Positions 13,075 through 26,016 of a stretch of 64,000 nt of DNA are shown here, piece by piece. Within the stretch, counting starts at the first letter, position 1; each line of letters begins with the position of its first letter. Position numbers and translations under genes: made by a program. The notes beneath the pieces were generated by a model that saw only the letters and a program-made list of their open reading frames with translations, was not told where the DNA came from and made no database searches. The stretch is from Phoronis australis (lineage: Eukaryota; Animalia; Phoronida): NCBI GenBank assembly GCA_002633005.1, contig NMRA01000011.1, positions 175,451 to 239,450 of the forward strand, in the 5' to 3' direction.

Positions 13075-13350
13075 CGGTTGCCCACACTTATCGAATAAAG
13101 AAGCTTTGGGATTAGTGTTGGATAGGAAAACCGTCTTGAAATAATTAACCAGAAATATAGAAACCCGTTGTGTTTTTGTGACTGTATTACAAACCGCCAA
13201 TTCTCAACAGACTTTTGGTGAAGTCAAAGGCAAAGAATTTGACTGCGACTTCTAGGATGACAAGTTCGACTTCGCGATCAGGCTAATCTCAGAAAATTAC
13301 TGTTCTTGCCGATAATGTACGTTTGATAGAAACTGGTAAATCTATGCATG
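13075..13350 (+). pseudogene. Decayed vWA domain, tandem to the previous one
   Basis: GCPHLSNKEALGLVLDR, QFSTD, KEFDCDF*DDKFDFAIRLI, ETGKSM. Confidence 0.5.
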
Positions 13351-14264
13351 GTGCGCTAACAATTCTTTTGTTCAAACTTCATAAGAGTTATCGCAAGCAA
13401 AAATCCGTAATAACTTAACATGTATTTCTACATGTTGTCCTTATTCTTTGCTCATTTCATTTACATTTTATTTCATAAAACTTGATAAAATCGACAAATT
13501 CATTGGATGAAATTATAAGAAATGTTTATACGATCAAGCAGCACTGGTTTTAAATCAACCACTATTCCATAGAAAAATATCATTTGAATATTCGCCCTCA
13601 TTTCAGTCAATGTGTCTAAATTTACGTGTACAGCGTGTTGAGTCATATGCAGGTAATAACCATGGACTACTTTCTGGTGCGTTGCAAACGCAAAACCATG
13701 GATTCAGAGTATAATTTTTGCAACAACGGTGCAACCTAACAAGACCTTTGCTACCGTCTACGAATTTCTTTTTTTTCATATTAAGTATATTGTTTTCACA
13801 GTATCACTTCAAATAATCAAGTTTGTGCGCGGTAACTGTTATTTTTTTCCACACCATCAACCAGTGTTCTCATATGTCCGTTCATGGGGCATGTGCGCCG
13901 GACAAAGCTTCGCTTCTCAAGAATATCCGGTTGCCCCATTTTCTTGACCCGGGTTAATCGTGGATTTACCGAAACAGTTGAGTTGCACCACGTGTAAGTG
14001 CAGAAATTAAACTTCGTTGATTGGATGATTTACGATCTCCAGTTTACAGTACAGTCGCAGTGGAGTACATGGACTGTCATTTCAAGGAATCCCGTTAAGG
14101 CATAACATTTTTATACGTGTTTACACTGAGCCACTTTCTTCTGATCATTACGTCAACGCGTGCCCCTTCAAAAAGTTTTATTGTAACGTGCGCGAAGTCA
14201 GCCAGACGAGATGTAAGCCCCTGTGCCCGGTTGCATTGATCAGCCCCAAATAGTGGTTAGTATT

Positions 14265-15070
14265 ATGTTCCCTAAATCCTGAATTTGTGTTTTTGTTGAC
14301 TCACGAATTTTGTGTTTTCCTTTATTGTCAGCTACTCTTTAGAGGCAATGTATTACAAGCTTCCAATTTAATTTTAATACAATAGAGAACTCAACGTAAA
14401 ATTGCTCTCTGTGTGTCCCAAACTGATTAAAAATGGCTTAGCAATGAAGACTAGACAGCATTAGGCAATCAAATCAGTGCTTTCACAAGTTCACAAATGT
14501 GGTGGAAATTTAAAGAACGTACACAATGTATTTGGAACTGTTTCATACAATCGGCGTCTCTGCCCCTTTTACTCTGAAGACAATAAGTCTAGTCTTTGCT
14601 AAGGCAGCAGTAAATTCAATTTTAATTTGCACATACATGTATGTATAAATATATCTTATTCAGTGAGTCGTGGAATGTGCTGCACGCAGTTTATCCCTTT
14701 TAATCCGCCATCTGCACGGTGAGCAGAAGGTCCTGGGATCGAGTCCCGGTCGGGGGCAGAAATTTTTTCGGACATTTATTCATTAGGTCACGTGATGTGG
14801 CCAAAAAGATGGTGGTTTAAACGGGATAAACTGCTTGCAACACATACATGTAGTTCAGTATCTGTGTGACTCGAGAATGCGGTCATTAACTCTTATGACA
14901 AGTGTCGTCGTGTTTGCAATAACGTGCTTACGGCCGTGTATCAGCTACAGTCGGACTCAGACCTGTTTGATAAAGTGGGCCCCAGGGGTGTGCTACCTAA
15001 GTTTCTTCATAATCTGAATCTCCCGATTCTTACAACCAGAACAGAAACAGTGCTGTCATTAATAGAAGAA
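14265..15070 (+). pseudogene. Decayed vWA domain(s), interrupted by the element at 14675-14845
   Basis: CSLNPEFVFLL, FIVSYSLEA and KFNFNLH lie before the insertion. LENAVINSY...TAVYQLQSDSDLFDKVGPRGVLPKFL lies after it (vWA lFxxxGaRxxvPKvl). Confidence 0.6.
14675..14845. mobile_element. Deletion derivative of the palindromic tRNA-containing element
   Basis: Inverted repeats of about 39 bp (ATGTGCTGCACGCAGTTTATCCC...CCATCT) enclose the 3' half of a tRNA-like head similar to 37132-37210. Confidence 0.75.
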
Positions 15071-16156
15071 GTACTTTATTTCTTCATATTACCTTATTTT
15101 ACCTGGAGGTGGCGCACTTTCCTGGTGGACTTGTAACCTACACGCATTGAAACATGATCTTAATGGAGCGCTTGGAATGTCATTTCAAGTAACGTCTCTG
15201 AGGTAAAATAGCTGTTCACACTGGACCATTTTCCTCCGATCAGCTTGTCAAGGAGCATCGTTTTTAGCTGTTAAGTGCTTACACATCTTTTAACATTTAA
15301 ATAAAATTAGTTTACAAGTACCATCAAAAGTGAAAGGCAGAGATAGGACACTTGTGAAGTATAACAAACATTTCAACATCGTCAAGTTCACCTGTAATTC
15401 GTTGACCAAAACTAAATGTTCGTTTCTATGTAATTTTTGATACGTTCGGTTGACTGCTGGGAACATGGCGATATGTATGCAGGTCATTGACGTATCATTG
15501 TCATCGCTGGCGGTTGAATTCATTAACTAATTAATTTCATAACAATGCAAGTTATGCAACGCGATTCCGGCGCTGTTTTCGCAGCCAGCCGCATTGTGTA
15601 AATAATTGGTCTTATTGACATACAGAATGGGTAGCTAACCACGAGTTTGAGAACGCAACACGTGTATAGTTGCTGACAAATCCAACTGAAGTGACTAACT
15701 CTCTGAATGCAAATCAGTAAACCTGTCTAATATGCACACTTACTAGGCCCTCTTTAACAACTCTTAAGATTAAGCTAACGTAGCCCGCATGCAGCACTTT
15801 GGCAATGTTTATATTTATGGCTGTACTTAAGTGATCGTATGGGCTTTTGGAACAGTAATTTGTTTTTGAAATCCAGTATGTTAAAACAAAAGTGTTTGTC
15901 TGACGGGGACGTTGACGGTGGGATTTTGTTTTTGTGCAATTAAGCAGTGACAATTTCACCGGTTTGTTTTCATTAATGTTAAAATACGTTTTTACCGTTT
16001 TACCACCTCCATAGAGAGACTACTACGTCAGAAACAATACGGTAACTCTTCGCCTACTAAGCACACACTAAAGCGCACAAGGGAAATTTTATTTTGAGAG
16101 CATTTTTCACAAAATCAAGTGTAACTTCGACTAGAGGCTTACACCATTTCTTTCAG

Positions 16157-16370
16157 GTAGCCATGTCTGCTGTCGATATCCGTCTAAAGTAATATTGGCA
16201 AGCCAAAGTGGATTCCCATTTCCCTAAATGCTTATTATGCCATAAACTCGTAACATCATTTGTGCAATGGGAAGAATTTTTGTGAATTCACTCATTTAAA
16301 ATATTCTCATGACGAGTATTACTGCGATACTTGATATCATGGGAACATATTCATCAACGTAATGTGGAAA
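16157..16370 (+). pseudogene. Decayed vWA exon
   Basis: Candidate acceptor tttctttcag. VCCRYPSKVILA, then GRIFVNSLI*NILMTSITAILDIMGTYSST. Confidence 0.5.
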
Positions 16371-17359
16371 CGCAACTGACTAAGTGGCTAGCTGTTTCAT
16401 GCCATTGTTCAATAAGCGCTCAGCTGGTGTTCCTGGTTTCATACATCCAAATCAATTTCGCCTTTAAACACCTGACAAGTGCTGACTAATCGACAATAAA
16501 TAAAATGTCTCGTCTTACAAATTTCAGTCTCTTTGAATCTCTAACAACGATCAATGGTAATCGGTCAAGGACGGCACTTTGTACCCCTCCCAGAACGTGC
16601 AACGAAGTGTTTGTTACATATGTCCATTTATTAAGAATTTCGATAAAACAATACAAATGGAATTACCGTTACTCTTGGAAATTTGACATAGGAATAGCGT
16701 TCACAACCCTTGCTACACTCAGACTAGGCTAGGCAAGGTGCTTTACCCTGCGCGGTCTTGCGACTAATAAAGGAATTTCAAGTGCCAATAGAAAGTAGTG
16801 CGCGGGTAACTATTTCCACCAGATTAAGTTTAGTGCATTGTAAACACAAAGGGTGTGGTAAGGCGCCATCTGCAGGTGATTGGGTTGAGTGGGGTGTAAT
16901 TTGTAAACGAAACTTATAAGTCATGTACATGTATAGTCCAGTGATTAGTGTACTGTAGATATGACCAGCTACCAGGCAGAATGAACAAATAGAAACCACC
17001 CAGCAACCAAAAACATGAGCATGTTATACATACATGTAAGAGCAACCTAATCCAAATTTAAGTTGGCTAGTTCAAAAGCTTCATGTGAATGCATTAATCT
17101 TTAACAAAGTGGGTATCAATCAAGTTGGTAATTTGGTAACCAGTGTAATGTAGTCGCGCCAAGAGCATGTCTTGAAAGAAAATTGAACGAAGAATACTTG
17201 ATTTGCGCTATTTTAGAAGTTTCGCATACACCTGTTGGGTACTTGTAGAAAGAGAGATTTTGGGGTATGACATGACTTATACTTAGCCTCGAATGGCAGA
17301 TACAACCGTGTAATAACCCATAAAGTTATCTCACTAGGGAGATGACATTTTGGCGGGAA

Positions 17360-18136
17360 ACCGAGGCCGGATTCGAACCCGGGCCTCAGGAGTTTCGAGT
17401 AGCCCGACTTTACCACTACACCACTCACCGGATGACGTCATCGAACGTGAAAATAGAATACTTACATGAGCACGCGCAACAATCGCATGTTCAGCAAAGG
17501 GCATTGCACCGACAATTATACGCTATGAAAAATAAGACGCATATCTTCCATTAAAGCGATATTTTAATTCAGTGAAATTTTCTCTAGTGTTCTTTCACTT
17601 GTAAATCACCGATCACCAATTTGAATGCGGGTATCGTGTCGTCGGGATCCTTTGACCTGAGCATTATATCCAGTTACTAGCGGTAACCTACTTTAGCAGA
17701 AGATATTTTCCCGGTCAAAGCTTAGCGTGATAAAATGTATAGTAAGCTGTAATAGCTGCTAAACCTTAATTCATAGATTCACTTTATTTCTATTCTGTTT
17801 AAATTTTCAATTGGTTTTGAGTATAAGCATTATTTGACAAAAATAGCTAGACTTTTCTAAAAGGTCACGACCTTCGACCTCGAGCCTCTGACACAGAAAG
17901 TAGTTACAAAGCCGAGGCGAGTCGAGAAAGGTACATGTAGATCGATTCATTGCAATGTTTCTCGTTCACTATGTGGTATAAATAGATTACTACATGTTCT
18001 CAGTCGTTATCTCCCTTATCTAGAGCCCTCGTTGATTTTGGAGAATTATCACGCTCGGGGCTAACGCCCCTCGGGGGACAATTCTCCAAAATCCACTCGG
18101 GCTCCAGATAACGGGGGATAACGACTTCGCCACGTA
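17360..18136. mobile_element. Interspersed element with tRNA-like segment and terminal hairpin, copy 2
   Basis: Minus-strand A box TGGTGTAGTGG and B box GGTTCGAATCC at about 17360-17428. Hairpin at 18002-18126. Colinear with 1170-1880. Confidence 0.8.
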
Positions 18137-20485
18137 ATAATCTATATTTATGTACTGTTCTCCACATCACTATAGGAATTGCGTTTAAAGCGTCCCATCT
18201 TTGTATGAGGGGCAGAGTACCACCTTTGTATAAGGGGCTATCAAAAAACAAGACTTTTGTCATTTTCATGACGAATCTCAAGTTTTTCGAAACGAAAGAG
18301 AAATGATAATTTAGAAAACTGTGTAGCGCTTTTGACATTACACCATTTAAGTTTAAAAACATTTGTATAACAAGGAAATTGGTCATGTTCTTGATTGCAT
18401 TTCTTATTCCAAATTATATTCAAAGGATATGGTCATGTGACCCAATTATTGTCAAAGTAGTAAAAGGTGAAAAATAGAATTGTAGAGGCATTCTAATTTC
18501 ACAAAACACGTACTTTTACTGACTTCAAATCTAATCTGTAGTTTTTGGTTAATCACGCGGACACGTTTGTAAGGCCTCATATACACAATGGCAGGAAATT
18601 CCGTTCTTCAGCTTTACTGCCGAGCATCTGACGTTCGCTTGGAGATCTTACGAATCTCCGTTCCGAAGGTTTCTTACGAGTACTACAATGAGCCACGACA
18701 GTTGTTAGTCATCCTTACGATTGCTGTATGAGCGTGGTGTTCTGGAATTGCCTGTTGACCCTTAACCGAGAAGCATCTTGTGGAGTTCTTACGATGTTCC
18801 TAAGATGTTTGTGCGAAGCGACCTGGGTTTGTTTTGCGCAACAATACCACAAACAGTCACAGACTGTATCAGTCTTCGCATTGTGACAGTTTGTGATAGG
18901 CTTTGAAGCAGAAGATGTAGAATATTGCTGTTGTAACAGTTTGTTAATGTGGGATCTCACAAACTGACGTAACCCTCAAATTGCGACAGTTTGCGCAGAA
19001 ACAGAGAGCAAAAGAGAAAACAGGTGTCTGCACTAAGAAATATAGTAGTGATGCCGTACGAAAACTTTGAATCCTGTTTATTCTCAAGATCGCGTATGCG
19101 TGAACTTGGAATTGAATATTCATTTTAGCATTCAGGTGAATTTTTTGTTCAGTGTAAAGAATGCTGTAATTACTGACCTCATCATCACCCATTTTCTCCT
19201 TTAGCGTAAGTTACATGTATGTCAAAGAATCAGAGAAATAAGCGAATGGTTAAATCAACTATCGTTTGGTGAATAAGAACGCCAATAGTTGAAAGGTATT
19301 GCTTAAAATTAACGTAATTTTAACATGTAATCTGATTTAGTGCAGTTCAAGTTTTTTTTGAACGGGAAAGGGATTATTTGCGTGAAGTTGTCCAGTTTCA
19401 TCGTGTATTTTAAGCTCTCGCATGTGCGATCTTGATACTAAGCAAGATTCCAAGTTCGCGCGCAGTAGTTAGGCCTACATTTGCAAAACAATACCCAGAA
19501 GGGAGCCAAAATTACCACTTAGAGACACGAGTTATTGACTCCTAGGGCCGCGATCCTTCCTTCTGGAAAACAAATTCAAAATGTTTGAATTTTTCGGTCT
19601 TCTTTCTCGCGAACATAAGATAAGTGTTTATTATTCTGTGCTAGAGTACATCACGGTGTATGAAAATGAGTTTATAGTCTAAGTTCGTGTTGATAACCTC
19701 TACATATATGAGCTAACAACTAAGTAAAAACTCGGAAGTGCGAGTTCAGACTTGAAAACTTAGCCTTAATGACGGATGACGGGGCCATTAAGTGCAAATT
19801 AGGATTAGACACGTATGCCACTACATTTATCTACTCGAGCGTAGAATAACGAACACTTGTCTTGAATTCACACAAAAGTAGAATTAAACATAACAAAATA
19901 TAATTTCGAGTTCGATCCCAAGTAAAAAGGTTAGGTCCCAGGCACTGAATGGAGTCAAATCCTGACGCGCTGATGCCTGTACATGTTTTTAATCTTTGGA
20001 TGGATTCTGTTGGATTCTTTTGAGACAGTTTATGGTTATTTTCTTTAACGAGTCACATGATGTTGCAGTTGAATTAAGTATTATGCGAATGAAATTAAAA
20101 CAGCCAAAACGTTTTAAATATATGATCAATTAATTGTTTTCCCATATAATCCAAGTAATATTTGACATAGAACAACTTTGAGAGCGTTAAAAATTTATTT
20201 GGAATGAAACATCGTTAATACTGGTTAATATAGTTTACGTAGGCGTACATACATTACAGCCACTGAGTTATTAGACTTCGTCCGGGCTGCTTTCGGTAGG
20301 CGTGACCGTAACCGGAGACAGACCGGAGAGTGAGGCGTGAATCGACCGTGACAACTGGCGTGAGCCTAAGCGTGACTGTGCCAAGAACTTACCGTGAGAT
20401 AGGCGTGAACGAAGCGCGAGCGCACCGTGAGCCAGGTTTGTGGCAGGCATGATTGTTTCCCTGCCTTCTATACAGTCGGATCAAT

Positions 20486-20788
20486 CATAATTGCTATTCT
20501 CAGTCAAATATGCATAGCCTCCTTTATGAGAAGAATGAGTGTGACAATATCCTTGCCCAAGATCTGAACACCAGACTAATCTATAGTGTGACCAGTTGTC
20601 AATGAATTGTTAAGAACAGCACTCTGTGTGTCTTTACAGTGTTCTTTGACTCTGGTGTTGAGAATCATGTTGGTCATTCCAATGTAAAACTGTTCACATT
20701 CAGTACAGCTGAGTTGGTACAAAACATGACTCAACGGTGTTTTGAGTCTAGAAAATGACAAAAGTCTGTTATCAGGTTTGTGAATGGT
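20486..20788 (-). mobile_element. Penelope-like retroelement GIY-YIG endonuclease fragment
   Basis: HKPDNRL...VLYQLSCTECEQFYIGMT...LNTRVKEH...SAV...TGHTID*...LLIKEAMHI: canonical Penelope endonuclease motifs. Confidence 0.9.
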
Positions 20789-22029
20789 TCAGAGACAGTA
20801 AACCGAAACGTCAATCAATATGTCGTTGTTTACGTATGCGCTGATTTTAAAGTTCGTAATCATATTTTGGCCAAAAACAATCAAACGCCTCAAATAGCCA
20901 AAACTAACATTTTGTGCTTTTCCAAATTGTCGCGTGTATGAGTTACAAGTGACTCAATTCTCGAGGGAATTTTTCAATCGCTTGAGGGGAATTTCTGGAC
21001 CTCATGAGGAGAATTTCATGTGTTTTTTTAAATAATTTTCGGAGGGGAATAGGGTCTTTATTCGATCCCAAAATCAAAGAATTGTGGGCCCTGTCCTATC
21101 AGGTGCTAGCGGTGTGCCTTGTTCTGGCGCGTCTTGAACAGAATTGATAAGTTATTTTCCAATTCCTGGTACGTTCCGATAAATTAAGACTCAAGGTGGC
21201 TCTTTTCAACGATTATTGAATTGGCTCTGCGTTGAAGTTTTGGGCTGCGAGGTTCGCTCAAGAGTTAGTGATTCCATTTTCTCTCTCAGTCGACCTTCGA
21301 CCGGCAGGAAATTGCAGAGGATGGTATTATTGACAGTTAAACGGTGAAGAGGATACATGTAACTGTGATTAAGCCAAGGCTGACGGAATGAGGTTGGCTG
21401 AAGCCGAGATAGTGGGAAGAATGATTTTAACATAAATACATTTAAGTGACATACGGAGAAAAAAATTAATGGCTAATTGTCACTGAAGATTGACATACAG
21501 GATACAAACGATGGTCGTAATATCGCCTGTCAATGATATCGTGAAGTATATGTAGATACTGATGGCATTTTCAAATCGTTGTTTTGACGTGGTTGCAGAT
21601 TGTTTTGCTTCGAAGGTTTGTACAAACGGTCATACCTTGAAGTTTACGACAGTTTGCGCATTTCCACCAACAATATATATCACAAGTAACAATAACGAGT
21701 CTTAAGATTGTGACAGTTTCAGCGGTTCGACAGTTTGTATAGCTTGACAGGTGCGACCACGATGTCTTGCGGACGGTCAACGAACGTGAAGCCATTTTGT
21801 CATAACCGGACGTACGATATTTAGGCCGTGCGATTTTTAGAGATTCTCAAATCGTTGAAAATACTTAAATGCCCGTAGTGGCCGATTGTTATTTCAAGGT
21901 ACGTTCTCTGCGGCTGGTCTGCATCCAGTCAACGGATCGAAAAACAGCACGTCACACGCGCCTTCTCCGTGTTTCTTTACCTTTTTGCTCGTAGACTGCC
22001 CTTAGGAGCTTGTGCAACCTAAATGTAAG

Positions 22030-22405
22030 GTGTGACCTAGGGTTAAAGAAGCTCATACGGAATGGTAGTCTAGAAAGATTAGTCGTAAGGGTATTTGTGA
22101 TTGAGGCTTAAAGCTACGGTCACAAAGCTTTGTATGCAAAAACCTTTCGTAGGAAACCTCCAGGTCCTACTAATTTCGGAGCTCACGGACAAAATTAGTA
22201 CGGCCACCGTTTCATTTGAAGGAGCAACTTTAGTCAGTCTTGAGAAAGGACGTGATTTTAGGTGGTTCGGTGGCTTTGCAATTCACACGTTCTTTGAGGG
22301 ATGATTTCGGTCGGTCGGGATCCTGTTACGACATACTTGCAGGCATTTTTCCGAGGTGGCTCGAAGGTATGGAAATTAAAAGTGACGCCAGGCTTTGAAC
22401 ATCTT
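22030..22405 (+). pseudogene. Decayed vWA domain
   Basis: VFVIEA*SYG, then after a frameshift MQKPFVGNL...ISTATVSF, then QALN. Confidence 0.55.
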
Positions 22406-22420
22406 TTAGCTGGGAGCTCC

Positions 22421-23450
22421 TTTATTTATTTATTTATTTTTCTACAGTACTACTTAAAATGAGGGTGGCCTCCTCAGTGTCGGTGCTGCTTTCCAAAAGG
22501 GCCCTCAACAACAAAATAGAAAATAGTAATATAATACAATAAAGTAGCAAAAAAAATAATTGAATACATGTAACATGCAATATTTAGAACAGGTTAAGAA
22601 TCGAGATAATAAATAAATGACGAAGGATGATGAAAAGTTGATTAAAAGACATCAAAGTAACTAAAGAGATGATAGTAAATAGTGAGAGTATTTACAGTAA
22701 TGAGAGGTAAGGTGTAAGAATGGGTAAGTACATGTAAAGTACAGCCACTTTTTAATATTAATTTCTGTGCTAAGAGAGTTCCATATTGCAGCATGAATAA
22801 AAGATCTATTGCCGGGTCTCGGTTTTAATTCTTTTTAAAAGAAGCGTTAACAGCAACGAAAGAACGCGTAGAGTATATAACTTGCTTGCTACTGAAATTA
22901 TTTCGAACGTGAACCGTGAACTTTCGTGGTTGAAGCGAAACCCTCTGCTAGCATATCCAAGTCCCACACGACACATGGTAACGTAATTTAAGTGTGCATG
23001 TAGCTAACTAGTAATGTCACCCGCTTTCATTTTAGTGAATGTCTGGTAGATAACGGCGAGAATTGGCGACTAGTAACAACACCATGAAAACACAACAAAT
23101 TGTATTGTTTTCTACCTCTGGTCAAACCTTATAACTTCAAAAAGTCTATCCCACCCAACAATAAGCCCAAAATAGGATGTATCAGCCGTAAAAATGATAC
23201 TGGTTGCCTTTAAAGTTAGCTTGATTGCCTGATTTTCTAAACGCTCTATGGAGTCTTGCTTTGCGACGTAACGTCTTTTTCTGTGGTCGTTAAACTATAG
23301 TTTATTATGAATTTAAGGGTTTTCTCTTGGAATGGAATGTTTTACTTCAACATCCCAAATAGTTTCTCGTTAAATTTGTGCACGGCAGCGTTGATGTGAT
23401 CACACTAAGTAAGATTGAAATTCAGTCTAGTTCTGAAAATTTTCTGGATA
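22421..23450 (-). mobile_element. CR1/L2-type LINE remnant with internal deletions
   Basis: (AATA)n tail at 22421-22440 and a 3' GAGGGCCC...ACCCTC motif. ORF2 C-terminal traces VIYSTRS and GNRSFIHAAIWNSL. Linker-like DHINAAVHKFNEKLFGML..NIP further upstream. Confidence 0.7.
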
Positions 23451-24411
23451 TTATATGATGTGTACGCTGTAAAATTAATTAGCATCAAAGTTACAAAATG
23501 TTAAGACGATTTTGATGCAAAATGAGGAATAACACGACAGCAGAGCACAGTTATGTAAAGAGCTGTCTGCACATGCGCAGCATTGTGGATAAAATGCAAA
23601 ATCAAGATAGCGTTCGTTGAGTTATTTCGGGAAGTCGTTATTGTATGTTAGAAATAAATTAACAGTGAACGCACATGACATAAAACGACCTTTGTGCTAG
23701 CGGAGGAAAAGTTTATTATCCGACTCCGTTAATAAGGATGAGTGATGGTATTTCTAAAGAAGGGCCCGAGTAGGACCCGAAAGCTAGCGATCCAAAGCTC
23801 ACCAAACTCCGAACAGGTACAGTAATTTACAATCAGTCGATCTTTGCATTTTTCATAACTTTAGTTATTTTAAAAAACCTTTCTTTTGTTTTCACTTGCT
23901 TAGAACGTTGAACGAGTGTCATCAATCCAAAGACATGATCATGTAACCCTAAATGGAACCTCGTTGGATGTTATCACAAACCGGTTTGTACTTGGTTTTT
24001 TCCAAGTATTTTTCTAATTTCCTGAAAGGTAAATTTCTCTGTCATTCAAAAACACTTTATATTAAACTATTTTCAAAAAATAATTACTTTCTGAGAGCAC
24101 CTTATTTAGGAATAGATGTTCAATAAACAGTACGCATTTAATTTGATGAGTTAAAGTATTACTACCGAAAGGAGATAACTTTTAACATTAATGAGCTGAA
24201 TATCTTAATATCTCATTCAGTCACTATTCGCATGCACCCAGTTTGCAGTTTTCCCGCGATTTGTTGCTCTAAAACGGAAGGTTGCCCTCAATTGTTTTAA
24301 GACAAGCTACGTTCTGCAATTAGCAAGCATGAGGGAGAAAGAAAGTAAATGCGCAAACACTGGGAAACTAATAAAAGTGCCATACATGCAATATCCGATT
24401 TCCGTTTAATA

Positions 24412-24490
24412 CAGGGTGTTTCAAAGTTATGGGACGCAATCCTATTAAGAATATCTCGACAAATACAGGGTGTATTAAAACGCTTCTAGC
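24412..24490 (+). mobile_element. Tc1/mariner-type terminus fragment
   Basis: TA|CAGGGTGT start with a second TACAGGGTGT about 54 bp downstream. No partner end found. Confidence 0.35.
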
Positions 24491-24574
24491 TGGAAGTATA
24501 ACCAAGACGTTGGAGAGTGAAAATCGACGACATCAGCGCGTGAACACTCATCTTTTCAAATTGTCATGGCTGTC

Positions 24575-24850
24575 TTTACGCTACCGAAAATATTTTATCT
24601 GATACATGTATGCTAGCAATTTCTCTGCGGAAGCTAACCTTGTGTTGTGTTGTTTGAGTTTTTCTACGTAGACTTTTATAAATGTTCCCGTGAAAAGTAA
24701 CCGAGTAGATTCAAGCTCAAGCGTGGGTAGCATGGGGGCTTTCAAACGCTTTCTGGGCTTCAAAACGTTAAATAATAGATTTCTAACATGATAAATAAAC
24801 AAAATGAGATCGATTTTACCGACCGTCTAACACTAAGTGGACTAGATAAA
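24575..24850 (-). pseudogene. Decayed vWA domain
   Basis: HLVLDGR*, VRNLL, ESTRLLFTGTF...LKQHNT...EKLLAYMYQIKYF. Confidence 0.65.
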
Positions 24851-25229
24851 ACGTCGGTTCTGTTGACCCTTTAATTAAAGGGGAGAGTTTGAACAAGTGA
24901 TACACTAATGCTCTAGGGGGTTCGAGTTGGCAGGTATTTCTGACTGGCTGTGACACCTTGCCCCAGATGAGATTGTTCACTACCTTCCATGAACATTTCA
25001 TTGTCAGGCAGCATATACTAGCTAACATAGGATGAAATCACACACTTAAACTGAAGTTCAGCATTTTAATGTACTATCCTATGTGCTCTCTCACCATCTG
25101 CGTTAAGTTTTCGACACGTGTTCCACGGGAAACTGCAGTAGGGCGCAAGTTCGTCGCATACATGTAGGTATCGGTAGATAGGCGTAATACTAACTATTCT
25201 TCATTTTGTTTTTCTTTCTTAAAAATAAT

Positions 25230-25850
25230 GGTAAGCATTTATCGGTAACCAGCTGATGGGCGCCCAAGGTACGACATCCGTGCGACCTGTATTGATGTAT
25301 CCAACAAAGACGCGGCAAAGGAAAACAATGTTAGCGTCCCATAGGCGATAACCATGCGTACGCCCGTCGCAAAGATCTCGCAAGTTAAACAATAGCTTGC
25401 GAAATCCATACGACATCATTAGGCATGGGTTTAATCCTGTTCATTCGAATGATTTACACGTACTATTTCCAATAACTGAAAATTGAAAGTGCCAATCGGT
25501 TTCAGTTAAATATATAACTGTTGAAATCCAATATCCTTACTTTTGTTGACTAGTATAGATCAGAGTTGCACTTTCCTCAAGACTCACGTAATTAGCATCT
25601 GACTTCAATTTCTGTAACCTATAAGAATTCGTGCAGCCTGCACGAGTCTTTAATGTACACAGACAAAACTGGCGAACCTCTTCGAAGTCGTCGGTACATA
25701 TTCACGTAAAAAGCTCGAGCTACATGTAACAGCGATGTTTAACAAGAATTGACGGTAGTCACTACCGACGTGCTCACCAATTGTCATGTTATCCCTCCTT
25801 GGTGGTTTGGGCACAGCTGGTCAAAGAACAATAATGATGTCTTTCTGTGC
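25230..25850 (-). pseudogene. Decayed vWA domain(s)
   Basis: QKDIIIVL(D), HVGSDYRQFLLNIA, TDDFEEVRQFC, MMSYGFRKLLFNLRD, GYINTGR. Confidence 0.7.
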
Positions 25851-26016
25851 GATGATAGACTGAAAGCTGATTCCAGATAATCACTTTATTAAACCATGCG
25901 TTCACTAGTCTACTTAAACAAAATGTCCGACTAACATTTTTTCTAATGTTCTTGTCAGTGTTGCGAAGCATTGGCTTGCGTTGAACCACTGAGTCACGCC
26001 CTTTCAGCAACTCTTA

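Noticed and set aside
18715-21795. CxNC-rich ORFs (CANCRNL, TNCHNA, WKCANCRKL) suggesting MYND or RanBP2 zinc fingers
   Set aside because: Cys spacing does not fit either family. The peptides arise from a repeated DNA word (CAAACTGTC).
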